From Candidatus Magasanikiibacteriota bacterium (lineage in GTDB: Bacteria > Patescibacteriota > Patescibacteriia > Magasanikbacterales > GWA2-37-8): DNA of 64,000 nucleotides. Under the pieces are notes generated by a model. It was not told the origin of the DNA, ran no database searches, and saw only the letters and a list, made by a program, of their open reading frames with translations. Both the position numbers and the translations under genes were made by a program. The stretch lies in contig JAGOQR010000001.1 of the NCBI GenBank assembly GCA_017991415.1, forward strand, positions 109,385-173,384, read 5' to 3'. Below are positions 12,912 through 21,995 of the stretch, piece after piece; the stretch's first letter is position 1; the number at the start of each line of letters is the position of its first letter.

Positions 12912-14552
12912 ATGAGCACTATATATAGAAAATATCGCCCACAAATATTCTCTGATGTTACAGGCCAAGAACACATTATCAAGACCATTACGAACGAAGT
13001 GGCTACCAGCAAAATAGCTCATGCTTATTTATTTTGCGGACCACGCGGCACAGGCAAAACCACTCTCGCTCGCCTCTTGGCAAAAGCGGTAAACTGTCAA
13101 AATAAAAAAGATGGCGAATACGAACCATGTAATACCTGCTCTTCCTGCCAAGAATTAATGGGCGGGCACAGTATTGATATTATCGAAGTAGATGCTGCCT
13201 CGCACACTGGTGTAGATAACGTCCGCGAAAATATAATTGAGAACGCTCAATTTAAACCAACAAAATCAAAATATAAAGTATTTATTATCGACGAAGTCCA
13301 CATGCTTTCGACCAGTGCTTTTAATGCTCTGCTCAAAACCCTCGAGGAGCCACCTGCTCATGCGATTTTTATTCTTGCCACTACCGAATCACACAAACTT
13401 CCTGCCACCATAATCTCCCGCTGCCAACGCTTTAATTTCAAAAAAGTTGGCTATACAGACATGACAAAACGCCTCGAAGCTATTTGTAAAAACGAAGCAG
13501 TTACCGTAGATACAAAAGTTTTAGATAGGATCATCAATAAAAGTGATGGCTGCGTACGAGACGCCGAGAGTTTGCTCGGTCAAATTTTAAGTTTGGATTT
13601 AAAAAATATTTCTTCCGAAGATGCCGAACTCATTTTGCCAACTTCACACATTGGCTCAATTTTGGAATTTATCAACCTGACGGTAGACAAAGAGCCTGGT
13701 AAAGCTATAGAACTAATCCAAAAATTAATTACCGATGGCGTAAACCTAGAACAATTTGCCTACGACAGCATCGAAGCGCTGCGGCTTGCCATGATAATCC
13801 ACGCTGGCTCTCAAACTAAAAATTTTAATACTGATTATGGACAAGAAGATTTAAAATTATTAAAAATAATTTCAGAAAAAATAACCAGCAATCAAATTAT
13901 CCGACTTCTCGAATCACTCATTGCTCGGCATCGAGAAATCAAATCTGCTCCTTTACCCCAATTACCGTTGGAATTATTTGCCGTTGAATTTGGAACGGGA
14001 TTAGAACACGCTGCAAATACTCAAAGTCCCCAGACAACTCCAGCACCAGTCAAACCTACAGAACCTGTGCACCAACCCAGCCCCACTCCCGAAATTACAA
14101 ATCAAACTATAGTACCAAATGACGCACCTAATACGCCCACTCCTCCAGAAGAAAAACCAATCAACCACCCAATAACCGAAGCCATCAAAGAAACCATCTC
14201 TCATATTACCCATAAAGAAACTAAAACCACACTAGAAGAAGTAAAAGCAAAATGGGGAGAAATAACCGCTATAGTAGCCAAAAGCAATCATTCATTAAGC
14301 TTCATTCTCAAAATGAGCGAGCTTGTTGCAGTAAATAATGGACACCTCCACATTACCGTTCCCTATTCTTTTCATAAAGATAAATTAAGTGAGATTAAAA
14401 CAAGAAAAACTATCGAACAAGCAATAGCCGATATTTTTTCAGAAAACATTGGCCTTATTTGTGATGTGGCCGAAAATAATAACCAACAAAATAACGAAGA
14501 AGATTCCGAACTAAATAAATTAGCTGCCGATTTTGGCGGCGAAGTGTTGTAA
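12912..14552 (+). CDS. dnaX: DNA polymerase III subunit gamma/tau
   Basis: YRKYRPQIFSDVTGQEHI...LFCGPRGTGKTT (AAA+ clamp loader), Zn module CNTCSSCQ, SRC motif. 546 aa. Confidence 0.9.
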   Translation: MSTIYRKYRPQIFSDVTGQEHIIKTITNEVATSKIAHAYLFCGPRGTGKTTLARLLAKAVNCQNKKDGEYEPCNTCSSCQELMGGHSIDIIEVDAASHTGVDNVRENIIENAQFKPTKSKYKVFIIDEVHMLSTSAFNALLKTLEEPPAHAIFILATTESHKLPATIISRCQRFNFKKVGYTDMTKRLEAICKNEAVTVDTKVLDRIINKSDGCVRDAESLLGQILSLDLKNISSEDAELILPTSHIGSILEFINLTVDKEPGKAIELIQKLITDGVNLEQFAYDSIEALRLAMIIHAGSQTKNFNTDYGQEDLKLLKIISEKITSNQIIRLLESLIARHREIKSAPLPQLPLELFAVEFGTGLEHAANTQSPQTTPAPVKPTEPVHQPSPTPEITNQTIVPNDAPNTPTPPEEKPINHPITEAIKETISHITHKETKTTLEEVKAKWGEITAIVAKSNHSLSFILKMSELVAVNNGHLHITVPYSFHKDKLSEIKTRKTIEQAIADIFSENIGLICDVAENNNQQNNEEDSELNKLAADFGGEVL

Positions 14553-14592
14553 TAAAAAAATAAATGTCTGACCTCTATAAGAGCAGAAAAGG

Positions 14593-14622
14593 CTTGACTT
14601 GCGCTATTTCTATGATACAATC
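14593..14622 (+). promoter_or_regulatory. Candidate promoter for tRNA-Gln
   Basis: TTGACT-N16-TACAAT located ~30 nt upstream of the tRNA 5' end. Confidence 0.45.
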
Positions 14623-14653
14623 CTAGACGCTTTGCAGAACTACAATACAAACA

Positions 14654-14724
14654 CTCCGAGGTGGTCTAATGGTAGGACAGCAGACTCTGAATCTGCTTAT
14701 CTTGGTTCGAATCCAAGCCTCGGA
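14654..14724 (+). tRNA. tRNA-Gln (anticodon CUG)
   Basis: Hand-folded cloverleaf. 7/7 acceptor stem TCCGAGG/CCTCGGA, D-arm GTCT-AATGGTA-GGAC, anticodon stem GCAGA/TCTGC with loop CTCTGAA (U33, C34 U35 G36, A37). T-arm CTTGG-TTCGAAT-CCAAG, discriminator A. CCA is not encoded. Confidence 0.85.
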
Positions 14725-14878
14725 ACAACTCTGAAAAAGCCCCAATTTTTTCGACAATTCGCCAGCCCCGTTTGGCTAAGAATTCAATTTTTGCCACTCA
14801 GAACAAAGTTAAAGGGAGTGAGCAGACAATATAATTGAGCCAAATCTAGGAAATAAATTAAACGATTAATTAAAATAT

Positions 14879-14901
14879 AAAACCGCGCAATGCGCGGTTT
14901 T
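14879..14901. terminator. Intrinsic terminator after tRNA-Gln
   Basis: AAAACCGCGCA-A-TGCGCGGTTTT. Confidence 0.7.
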
Positions 14902-15007
14902 ATTATGAGTGAGGCGTACCTTTCTAGCGCCATTGATGAATAGCAGTAACAATCAGTTCTCTTTCTCCGCAAGCTCTCTATAGACCAGTATCTTTTACTC
15001 AAGTCCC

Positions 15008-15316
15008 TCATTTGCCTTGTATGTTGTACTTAGGTTTGTACTTCGGAATTTCGGCAAGCTCATGCTTTTCCGTCTCTGCGACGGTGTCGCACTGTTCATA
15101 ACCGAAATGGGTGACGTCAGGCCATTTTCTCTCACTCAGGTGTTGAAGCAATCTGCCGCGCACACCACCATCAGCAACCGATTTGCCAATATAGTAAATG
15201 GTAAGCTTTCCTTCCGGTGTTTTAACGCCACAGTAATACACGCCAATAACATTAGAATTCCAACTGGTGAGAGTTGTGGAATCAAATGGATATGGACCTT
15301 TGAATGCGTAAATCAT
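15008..15316 (-). CDS. GIY-YIG nuclease domain protein
   Basis: GVYYCGV...IYYIGKS...R...LQH...E pattern of the GIY-YIG fold. 102 aa, sits immediately downstream of the tRNA. Confidence 0.65.
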   Translation of the reverse strand: MIYAFKGPYPFDSTTLTSWNSNVIGVYYCGVKTPEGKLTIYYIGKSVADGGVRGRLLQHLSERKWPDVTHFGYEQCDTVAETEKHELAEIPKYKPKYNIQGK

Positions 15317-15464
15317 AATCTCTTTATCTTCTCGTTTTAGTTGGTAGACAGTTCGACTAGGCCGCTACTTATTACCTTGTACTTTAGCATAAGTGTTTTT
15401 AGTGTCAAGTTTATCCACACCCAATGTTTGATTTTTAGACACTATTAGTGTATATTGTTAGTAT

Positions 15465-16160
15465 ATGAGAAAAAACTATCATATTGCCATAAAGCAATTG
15501 CGTATACAAAGAGGATTTTCGCAATCAGAGATTGCCCAAAAAATGGGTATCTCTCGCACCTCATACATCTCTTTTGAACAAGGTAAGCGTGATATTAGCC
15601 TATCCGAAGCGGCTCAACTAGCCGATATTTTTGGTATTTCCTTAGAAGAAATGGAGAGCGGTACTATTGCAAATTATGAAAAGTACAAAGAAATGATTTT
15701 AGCCTTTTTGCGGTGTGTTGCATCAGTTGATGGAAAAATTCCAAAAACCAAATTAGCCAAGTTGGTTTATCTTGCTGATTTTTCTTGGTTTTATAAACAT
15801 TTGGAAAGTATGAGCGGGATGCAATACCGTAAAATACAATATGGCCCAGTACCGGATAGTTATTTTCGGGCTATTGATGAGCTGGAGGAGTCGGGTAAAA
15901 TCGTAATTGACAGAAAAGAGAAAGAGGGAAGAGAGATGTTGCTCATTTCCGAATCGCAAAGTAATATAAATAAAAAAGTTTCTACATTATTTAAAGACGA
16001 GCTGTCTTTGATTAAAAATATTGCAAAAAAATGGAAAGATAAAAAAACAAATGAAATTGTTAATTTTACGCATAATCAGTTGCCGTATTTGATATCCCGC
16101 GATAACGAGATCATCCCGTATGAATTGATTACACAGGAGGATCCGGAGTATGTCTACTAA
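15465..16160 (+). CDS. HTH-XRE regulator fused to a Panacea (SocA-like, DUF4065) antitoxin domain
   Basis: The N-terminus has an XRE helix-turn-helix (QSEIAQKMGISRTSYISFEQGKR). The C-terminal segment KLAKLVYLADFSWF...YGPVPDSY resembles the Panacea/DUF4065 antitoxin domain. Its stop overlaps the start of the downstream gene by 11 nt. Confidence 0.6.
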   Translation: MRKNYHIAIKQLRIQRGFSQSEIAQKMGISRTSYISFEQGKRDISLSEAAQLADIFGISLEEMESGTIANYEKYKEMILAFLRCVASVDGKIPKTKLAKLVYLADFSWFYKHLESMSGMQYRKIQYGPVPDSYFRAIDELEESGKIVIDRKEKEGREMLLISESQSNINKKVSTLFKDELSLIKNIAKKWKDKKTNEIVNFTHNQLPYLISRDNEIIPYELITQEDPEYVY

Positions 16161-16542
16161 CTATAGTGTTGTATTTGCAGATTTTGCCGAAAGGCATTTC
16201 ATCAAAAGTTTTAAAAAGAAGTATAAAAATGCGTGGGATTATACGCTAGCCGCTCTCCGTTCTGAATTTGAAAATTTTGATTTATTGTTTCAAAAGAGCA
16301 TCGCAGAAAAAATTTACCAATCCTCCGTATTAGATATTTGTAAAACAGAATTTAGGATTGCTGGAACAGATGTGTCGCGGCGTGCATCAGGAAATCGTTG
16401 TATTGTGGCTATTCACAAAGAAACAAATACTGTCCATGTTCTTTTAGTTTACCATAAAAATGATATTGGAGATGATAACGAGACATCAAAATGGAAGAGT
16501 GTAATTAAGGCAAATTTTCCGCAATATAAACAAATTCTATAA
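16150..16542 (+). CDS. Candidate toxin, RelE/ParE-superfamily-like (divergent)
   Basis: 130 aa. C-terminal pattern NRCIVAIHKETNTVHVLLVYHKND parallels the RelE/ParE C-terminus (GYRLVYQVIDEKVVVFVISVGKRE). Translationally coupled to the Panacea antitoxin. Confidence 0.45.
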   Translation: MSTNYSVVFADFAERHFIKSFKKKYKNAWDYTLAALRSEFENFDLLFQKSIAEKIYQSSVLDICKTEFRIAGTDVSRRASGNRCIVAIHKETNTVHVLLVYHKNDIGDDNETSKWKSVIKANFPQYKQIL

Positions 16543-16645
16543 CCTTCTAAAAATTTTTGACCATTAAATATAATAAAATTAAGAACTTAATTTTTTTATT
16601 AAAGGCAAGGTTTCGCTATGTTAGAGCCAGGCGGCTAATTAAAAG

Positions 16646-17056
16646 TTGCATATGCTTACAGAAAATGATGTAGTTAAAATCTTGGCTATTTATTTAGAAA
16701 AGGAGGGTTATAAAATAATTCAAAAGTTAACTACTTTAGAAAAAGGTTTTGATATTGTTGCAGAAAAAAATAGAATAACTCTATATATAGAAGCAAAGGG
16801 AGGAACGAGCTCAAAGAAAGGGTCACGTAGGTATGAAAAGCCGTTTACTAAAAATCAAGTCGGTACACATGTTTCCGTGGCAATAATGGCTTCTTTGAAA
16901 ATATTATCCAAGGGTAATAAAAAGTTTAAAAAAGTAGCAATGGCATTTCCAGATAATGAAAATCATAGGGCTGTAATTGCTCCAATAGCGCCATTGTTAA
17001 AAAAAATTGGAATTATGATATTTTTGGTAAATGAAAATTTAGTCACTAAGATATGA
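16646..17056 (+). CDS. Small PD-(D/E)xK nuclease-fold protein
   Basis: GFDIVAEKN...LYIEAKG gives a D-x(n)-E-x-K arrangement. 136 aa. Confidence 0.45.
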   Translation: MHMLTENDVVKILAIYLEKEGYKIIQKLTTLEKGFDIVAEKNRITLYIEAKGGTSSKKGSRRYEKPFTKNQVGTHVSVAIMASLKILSKGNKKFKKVAMAFPDNENHRAVIAPIAPLLKKIGIMIFLVNENLVTKI

Positions 17057-17229
17057 GAAATCAAAACATAATCATCCTAAAGATAATTATTGCGGTTAGT
17101 GCTATTTTGTCGGTTCTATTTTTTACTTTATATAAATGGAAGACGCTACGTCATTTGAAAAAGAAACAATATATCGTGAAGCTATAAAATATCAGTACGA
17201 AGTCGCTTTTTGGAAAATATGGACCTTCG
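17053..17229 (+). CDS. Small membrane protein (58 aa), translationally coupled to the PD-(D/E)xK gene
   Basis: ATGA start/stop overlap with the preceding gene. Single hydrophobic helix IIILKIIIAVSAILSVLFFTLY. Below the ORF-track length cutoff, found by manual translation. Confidence 0.25.
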
Positions 17230-17280
17230 GCGCCTTTGTCTTTGCCGGTGCATTGCTTTTAATAATTGTTATACCAAAGG

Positions 17281-17372
17281 AAAGAAAAACTTGAAATCGT
17301 CAAAAAGCGCGCTCACCTGGGCGAGGCGGGCGGAATTCCTCCCCAACCCCCTCCTTCCGCCCGCTATTCCGT
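17281..17372 (+). repeat. Left copy of a ~90-bp GC-rich inverted repeat pair (partner at 59896-59981)
   Basis: AAAGAAAAACTTGAAATCGT...GGCGGGCGGAATTCCTCCCCAACCCCCTCCTTCCGCCCGCTATTCCGT. Contains a 9-bp GC stem CGGGCGGAA/TTCCGCCCG. About 88% identical to the reverse complement of 59896-59981. Confidence 0.8.
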
Positions 17373-17410
17373 TAAATCCGTTCGAATTTTCGTATATTCA
17401 CTGAACCAAT

Positions 17411-17444
17411 AAAAAAACAGCTATATAAGCTGTTTTTTTATTTT
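17411..17444. terminator. Intrinsic terminator
   Basis: AAAAAAACAGCTTATATAGCTGTTTTTTTATTTT-type hairpin (ACAGCT/AGCTGT stem) plus a T-run. Confidence 0.65.
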
Positions 17445-17509
17445 ATACACATGGCAATACTGCGCTCTAACTTATTGACACAGCGAATAATTTACTTTAT
17501 TTTATAGCC

Positions 17510-18160
17510 ATGGACATCAAAATCGAAATCCTCATCGGCGCTCCTACCTCGGTTCTGGGCGCCCTGGGTATTCGAGGCGCCAAGATTACCCTCACACCAA
17601 GGCAAAAGGGTAAGAGCCTCCCCCGCTTATGGATTGACAAAAAAGAGCACTTCTCCTACTTCTTCACCATCGAAGAGGCCCAAAAAGGACTAGACCGCAT
17701 CCTGATTTCTAGACCTAGGATTAAGATCAAGATTTTGCGGAGGCTGCGCAAAGCGGGTCTGTTCTGGGATATGGAGTCAGTCCTGTCCTACTGCCAGAAA
17801 CTCGCTGTTATCAAAGATTCAACATACGACTTCGTGAAGTGCACGCGTTGCGCCTACGCGTCGCTGGTGCCCCACGGCTGGATAGTCACAGAAGGGAAAC
17901 TGATCCAGACAAAGATTCCGATACTGCTCCACCAACAGGTCACAAACCTGAAAGACCTCATCTTTAGGTTCTGTGCCGAAGGAGTCTGGCTTGGCGAGAT
18001 CCCTCTCAAAGCAGCCCTTTGGGTGATCCATCAAGGCGCAAAGGCGCAAATGGGAGCAGACTCTCGAGGCCTTCTAAGACTGCTGCTACAAGACCCAATT
18101 CGACACCTCCGGGGGCCACTTCCAACAGACCACCACATCTGTCGCGAAACAGGTCCATAA
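17510..18160 (+). CDS. Hypothetical protein (high-GC island 2)
   Basis: 216 aa ORF at about 55% GC with no recognisable domain. TTGACA-N19-TTTTAT lies directly upstream and there is no SD. It is the least convincing of the seven high-GC islands. Confidence 0.4.
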   Translation: MDIKIEILIGAPTSVLGALGIRGAKITLTPRQKGKSLPRLWIDKKEHFSYFFTIEEAQKGLDRILISRPRIKIKILRRLRKAGLFWDMESVLSYCQKLAVIKDSTYDFVKCTRCAYASLVPHGWIVTEGKLIQTKIPILLHQQVTNLKDLIFRFCAEGVWLGEIPLKAALWVIHQGAKAQMGADSRGLLRLLLQDPIRHLRGPLPTDHHICRETGP

Positions 18161-18290
18161 ACTTCAATCTCTCTGTACGGGGAGATCGGCAATACCAATT
18201 TCAAGCGTGGAGGCCTTGAAAAAACCTTGTCAGCTGCCGCTACCAGCTGAAATTTCCAATGAATATCATGTATATCATGGTAACTGTTGG

Positions 18291-18330
18291 GAAAAAAACA
18301 TCCCATGTTTAGCATAGGATGTTTTTATTT
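18291..18330. terminator. Intrinsic terminator
   Basis: AACATCC...GGATGTT hairpin followed by TTTTATTT. Confidence 0.5.
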
Positions 18331-18411
18331 ACCTTTAATAAACAATTTTTGAATCATATGGTACAATAGGCGGACAATGCCTAGGCTTCATTAACTTAAT
18401 AATTACACTCT

Positions 18412-19059
18412 ATGGACTATAAAGTAATAACTCAAAAAATCTTAGATATTCATACCACAGAAGGTTTTGATGAAATTGATTTTACCGACCATTTAGAAGA
18501 TTTTTTTCATTTAAAATTGGAAGAAAAAATGCAAGTAACACAAGAACACATTATAGAAATAACTTATTTTATCTTCCAAGAAAAATCTGGTGTCATTAAA
18601 ATAGAAACATCGGAAATAGAAAATGATCCTACGTACTATGATAAAAAACGGGAGGAAGTAGATGACCAAGAAGAAGGTGCTCGTGAAATCAGCAATGACA
18701 ATGAACTAACCCCTATCGAAGTAATAATTGGCGGAGAAAAAGATATACTTTTATACCAACTACTTTCCAAATTTGATGAATTACGTGATGATTTTGAAGA
18801 AATAATACAAGGGATTGATACCAAAAAAGAAAGTACCTCTGAAACAGTACTCTTAATAGACAAAACATTAACAGCTTACGAAGCTCTCATACAAAAAATT
18901 ACTGGAAAAAAAGAAACTATTTTTGAAATTAAAAATTTACTAAACACCTACCTAAGAGAGTACGCAGCCGAAATACACCGAAAAGAAGAACCTTCTGACA
19001 TAAAACAAGAATTTCCTGAGGCAAAAGTAATTAGACTGCCTCCTTTCCTAAAGAAGTAG
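18412..19059 (+). CDS. Hypothetical acidic protein
   Basis: 215 aa, rich in Glu/Asp, with no motif recognised. Confidence 0.4.
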   Translation: MDYKVITQKILDIHTTEGFDEIDFTDHLEDFFHLKLEEKMQVTQEHIIEITYFIFQEKSGVIKIETSEIENDPTYYDKKREEVDDQEEGAREISNDNELTPIEVIIGGEKDILLYQLLSKFDELRDDFEEIIQGIDTKKESTSETVLLIDKTLTAYEALIQKITGKKETIFEIKNLLNTYLREYAAEIHRKEEPSDIKQEFPEAKVIRLPPFLKK

Positions 19060-19063
19060 CCCA

Positions 19064-19855
19064 CTAAAATTTCTTTCCTTCTAAAAATAGAAACAGTGGA
19101 AATTCTTTGCGAGCTTTATCTTCGGCAGCAAATCGAGGGCCGCGCGTTGGCTCTCGATGCGAGATCCACTCTTCGCATTTGGTTATACCAAAACCATTTT
19201 TACGAAACATTTTAAAATACCATTGAAGTGGTCGATGAAACGAAACTGTTTTTTCTGACTTTTTTTGACCTGGATGCATATCTATTTCTATTTTTGCCTC
19301 AGATAAATACTCATCCATACGACGATATTGCACTTTTATCTTTTCATCCCAACCCCAGCTAGAAATTTTTGGCCCACGAAATGCTGGGTGATTGAGCACT
19401 ACATACATGCTCCCCTTTTCTTTTAAAACTCGATTGCATTCTTGCAATACTCCGTCTACATTTTGAATGTTCTGTAGCGCAAGTACTATTAAAATAGAAT
19501 CAACAGAATTGTCTGCACAAAATTGAATATCATCGGCAGGAGAAACATAGTATTCTATATTTGTTTTGGCCAAGCCCCGTGACGAAGCATCTTTGGAAAT
19601 ACCACCGTGTTTTTTTGCTAAATTTATAAGCTCCGAAGAAATATCTGAAGCAATGACATAGGCTCCTGTTTCGGCAATCACTCGAGAAAAAAAGCCTTGC
19701 CCACATGCCAAATCTAAAACAACTTGGTTTTTACCCACATTCATAGAACGCATTAAATTTGGCAAAATAACTCGACTCTGAAACGAATCATCATCTTTTT
19801 CGAGCATGGTATCGTACCACTGCGCAACCTTACCCCAAGAGGTATTTTTTGACAT
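19064..19855 (-). CDS. Class I SAM-dependent methyltransferase
   Basis: SAM-binding motif I VLDLACGQGFFS. 263 aa. Confidence 0.75.
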   Translation of the reverse strand: MSKNTSWGKVAQWYDTMLEKDDDSFQSRVILPNLMRSMNVGKNQVVLDLACGQGFFSRVIAETGAYVIASDISSELINLAKKHGGISKDASSRGLAKTNIEYYVSPADDIQFCADNSVDSILIVLALQNIQNVDGVLQECNRVLKEKGSMYVVLNHPAFRGPKISSWGWDEKIKVQYRRMDEYLSEAKIEIDMHPGQKKSEKTVSFHRPLQWYFKMFRKNGFGITKCEEWISHREPTRGPRFAAEDKARKEFPLFLFLEGKKF

Positions 19856-19937
19856 AAAATAAGAATTAACAACAGGTCTATTCTAACCCAAATAAAGTCC
19901 ACCGTCAATCCAACAAACTTGCTAAAATAGGCTAAAA

Positions 19938-20807
19938 ATGATACTATTTTGCCATATGACACATATTATTGATGGCAAAAAAATTGCAACAAAAATAGAA
20001 AAAGAGGCTGCTAGGCAAGTAACCCTACTCAAGGCTCGAGGCATTGTGCCAAAACTAGCAGTTGTTTTGGTTGGTCAAGATAAGCCATCCCTTACCTATA
20101 TAAGCCGAAAAAAACAAGCCGCCGAACGAGTTGGCACTGATTTTGCCTTGCATCAATTTCCAAAAAATATTTCTAAAGAAGATCTCATTGCCGCTGTTAC
20201 AGACATTCAAAAAGATCCTGCTCTTACTGGCCTCATTATCCAACTTCCATTACCAGAACGATTGTACAACTCCGATGTTTTAAATACTATTAACCCTGCC
20301 ATTGATGTAGACTGTCTTACCGATAGCAATATTGGCAAGCTAGTCATGAAAACAAATCTTATAGAACCTCCGACTCCTTGGGCTGTAATTAAAACGCTCA
20401 AAGAAATAAAATTCAAATTAGCTGGTAAAAATATTACGATTGTTGGTGCAGGTGCACTGGTTGGCAAACCGCTGGCCATTATGATGGTAAACGAACTAGC
20501 AAGCGTAACAACCTGCAACAATCACACCCAAAATCTTAAAAAGAAATGTCTCGAAGCAGATGTAATAATTTCTGCTGTCGGCAAAAAAAATCTCATCACC
20601 GCCGATATGGTAAAAAAAGGTGCTATAGTAATTGATACAGGTATTGTCTATGTAGACGGCAAAATGCATGGCGATGTCGACTTCAGCCCAGTTGTCAAAA
20701 AAGCAAGCTTCATTACACCTACTCCAGGCGGTATTGGCCCTATTACCGTGGCCAAACTACTTCTTAATACAGTTACTTGCGCAAAAAAAATAAATAAGAT
20801 ACTGTAA
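19938..20807 (+). CDS. folD: Bifunctional methylenetetrahydrofolate dehydrogenase/cyclohydrolase FolD
   Basis: IIDGKKIA..., VGQDKPSLTYISRKKQAAERVG, and the NAD-binding TPGGIGPITVAKLL motif. The true start is probably the internal Met at ~19956 (MTHIIDGKK). Confidence 0.85.
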   Translation: MILFCHMTHIIDGKKIATKIEKEAARQVTLLKARGIVPKLAVVLVGQDKPSLTYISRKKQAAERVGTDFALHQFPKNISKEDLIAAVTDIQKDPALTGLIIQLPLPERLYNSDVLNTINPAIDVDCLTDSNIGKLVMKTNLIEPPTPWAVIKTLKEIKFKLAGKNITIVGAGALVGKPLAIMMVNELASVTTCNNHTQNLKKKCLEADVIISAVGKKNLITADMVKKGAIVIDTGIVYVDGKMHGDVDFSPVVKKASFITPTPGGIGPITVAKLLLNTVTCAKKINKIL

Positions 20808-20831
20808 AATAAAAGGAGGGCAACAACCGTC

Positions 20832-21077
20832 ATGTCAAGAAAAATGAGTGGCAAGGTTTACCTCTGGTGCACTGATTTTAGACACCCAAACAAATCCGAC
20901 AATGACTGCTCGGGCGAGCTCATCAATGTCGGAGGCGAAAACGGATCTATCATCGAAACCAGGCTGAGGTGCAATAACAACAAGTGTCAACGAGTTGTTA
21001 CAATTTCAGTCGCTGAGCTTGCGTCACTTATTGAGCAAATAAGACAGCGACGCTACCAAAAAAGCACCAAGGACTAG
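20832..21077 (+). CDS. Small zinc-ribbon-like protein
   Basis: 81 aa with a C-x12-C...C-x4-C arrangement, preceded by a strong SD AAGGAGG. Confidence 0.35.
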   Translation: MSRKMSGKVYLWCTDFRHPNKSDNDCSGELINVGGENGSIIETRLRCNNNKCQRVVTISVAELASLIEQIRQRRYQKSTKD

Positions 21078-21413
21078 GTGCGAAAGCGGGCAATATGGTG
21101 TGCGCAAAGAGTTTGTCGGATTCTCTGCAAAAACCGTCATCTTTTTTGCACAAACTAATATTTACATATTAATCCACATACTTAATTTGACACCAAAAAA
21201 TAGAGGTGTTAGGCTAAACATACAATTTAATATTATATATCTGTGGAAGTGAGGTTCAATTCCTCCACTGTGCCGCAACGGTAAACCCCGATTAAATCGG
21301 GGAAGTCCGATCTTCAGATATAAACCCTTCTAAAAAGGGTTTCGTCCCGAGCAGGAAACAAAAATATGTTTATTTTTTGAATCTTTCCTGTTCGGTAAAG
21401 ATTTTTTTGTTAT

Positions 21414-21995
21414 ATGAATAAATATATCCGTCGCACACTGCTCCTACTTATTTTTACTGCTGTTTCTGCTGCCGCCTACCTATTTTCTTCATCGCACCAG
21501 AATGCTTCTCCACCACCAAAACCTATTATACTCTCGCCTCAAACAAAAACTGAAAAATTAATACCTGCTGTTTTAGAAAATAAAAACAGCGAGGCGAATA
21601 CCAACACCAAGACATCCCCGCCCACAGCCACACAAAAAAATACAACTACAACTCCTACTCCACCCACCACCACAAACCAATCACCCAAGGAAATTTCTGA
21701 AACTATACCGATAACAATTGTTATTTCTGACACTTCTTACCCAATTCACGCATTACCCAACTCAACAGCCTATCAAGTAATGGATACACTGAGACAAGAA
21801 AACAAAATATCGTTCTCTACAAAAAACTTTTCTGGACTTGGCTACTTTGTCCAAGAAATTAACGGAATAAAAAATAGCCCGAGCACAGGTTTTTACTGGA
21901 CATTCTATATTAATAATCAAGAAGCAAAGGTAGGAATTTCAAACTACACAATCAAAGCAAACGATATACTTACTTGGAAATTTGAAAATAAATAA
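21414..21995 (+). CDS. Secreted/membrane-anchored hypothetical protein with a Thr/Pro-rich linker
   Basis: N-terminal hydrophobic signal, low-complexity TTTPTPPTTT region. 193 aa. Overlaps the next gene by 14 nt. Confidence 0.4.
   Translation: MNKYIRRTLLLLIFTAVSAAAYLFSSSHQNASPPPKPIILSPQTKTEKLIPAVLENKNSEANTNTKTSPPTATQKNTTTTPTPPTTTNQSPKEISETIPITIVISDTSYPIHALPNSTAYQVMDTLRQENKISFSTKNFSGLGYFVQEINGIKNSPSTGFYWTFYINNQEAKVGISNYTIKANDILTWKFENK

Noticed and set aside
14599-14838. 79-aa ORF overlapping tRNA-Gln.
   Set aside because: It covers a confidently folded tRNA and its terminator, so it is spurious.
17210-17404. 64-aa plus-strand ORF spanning the left inverted repeat.
   Set aside because: It is read through the GC-rich hairpin repeat and has no start context. 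The proline-rich product LPNPLLPPAIPLNP is a translation of the repeat itself.
21239-21268. Possible tRNA gene suggested by GAGGTTCAATTCCTCC (T-arm-like).
   Set aside because: No D-arm or anticodon arm can be formed from flanking sequence, and the acceptor would be incomplete. Kept only as part of a candidate ncRNA region.
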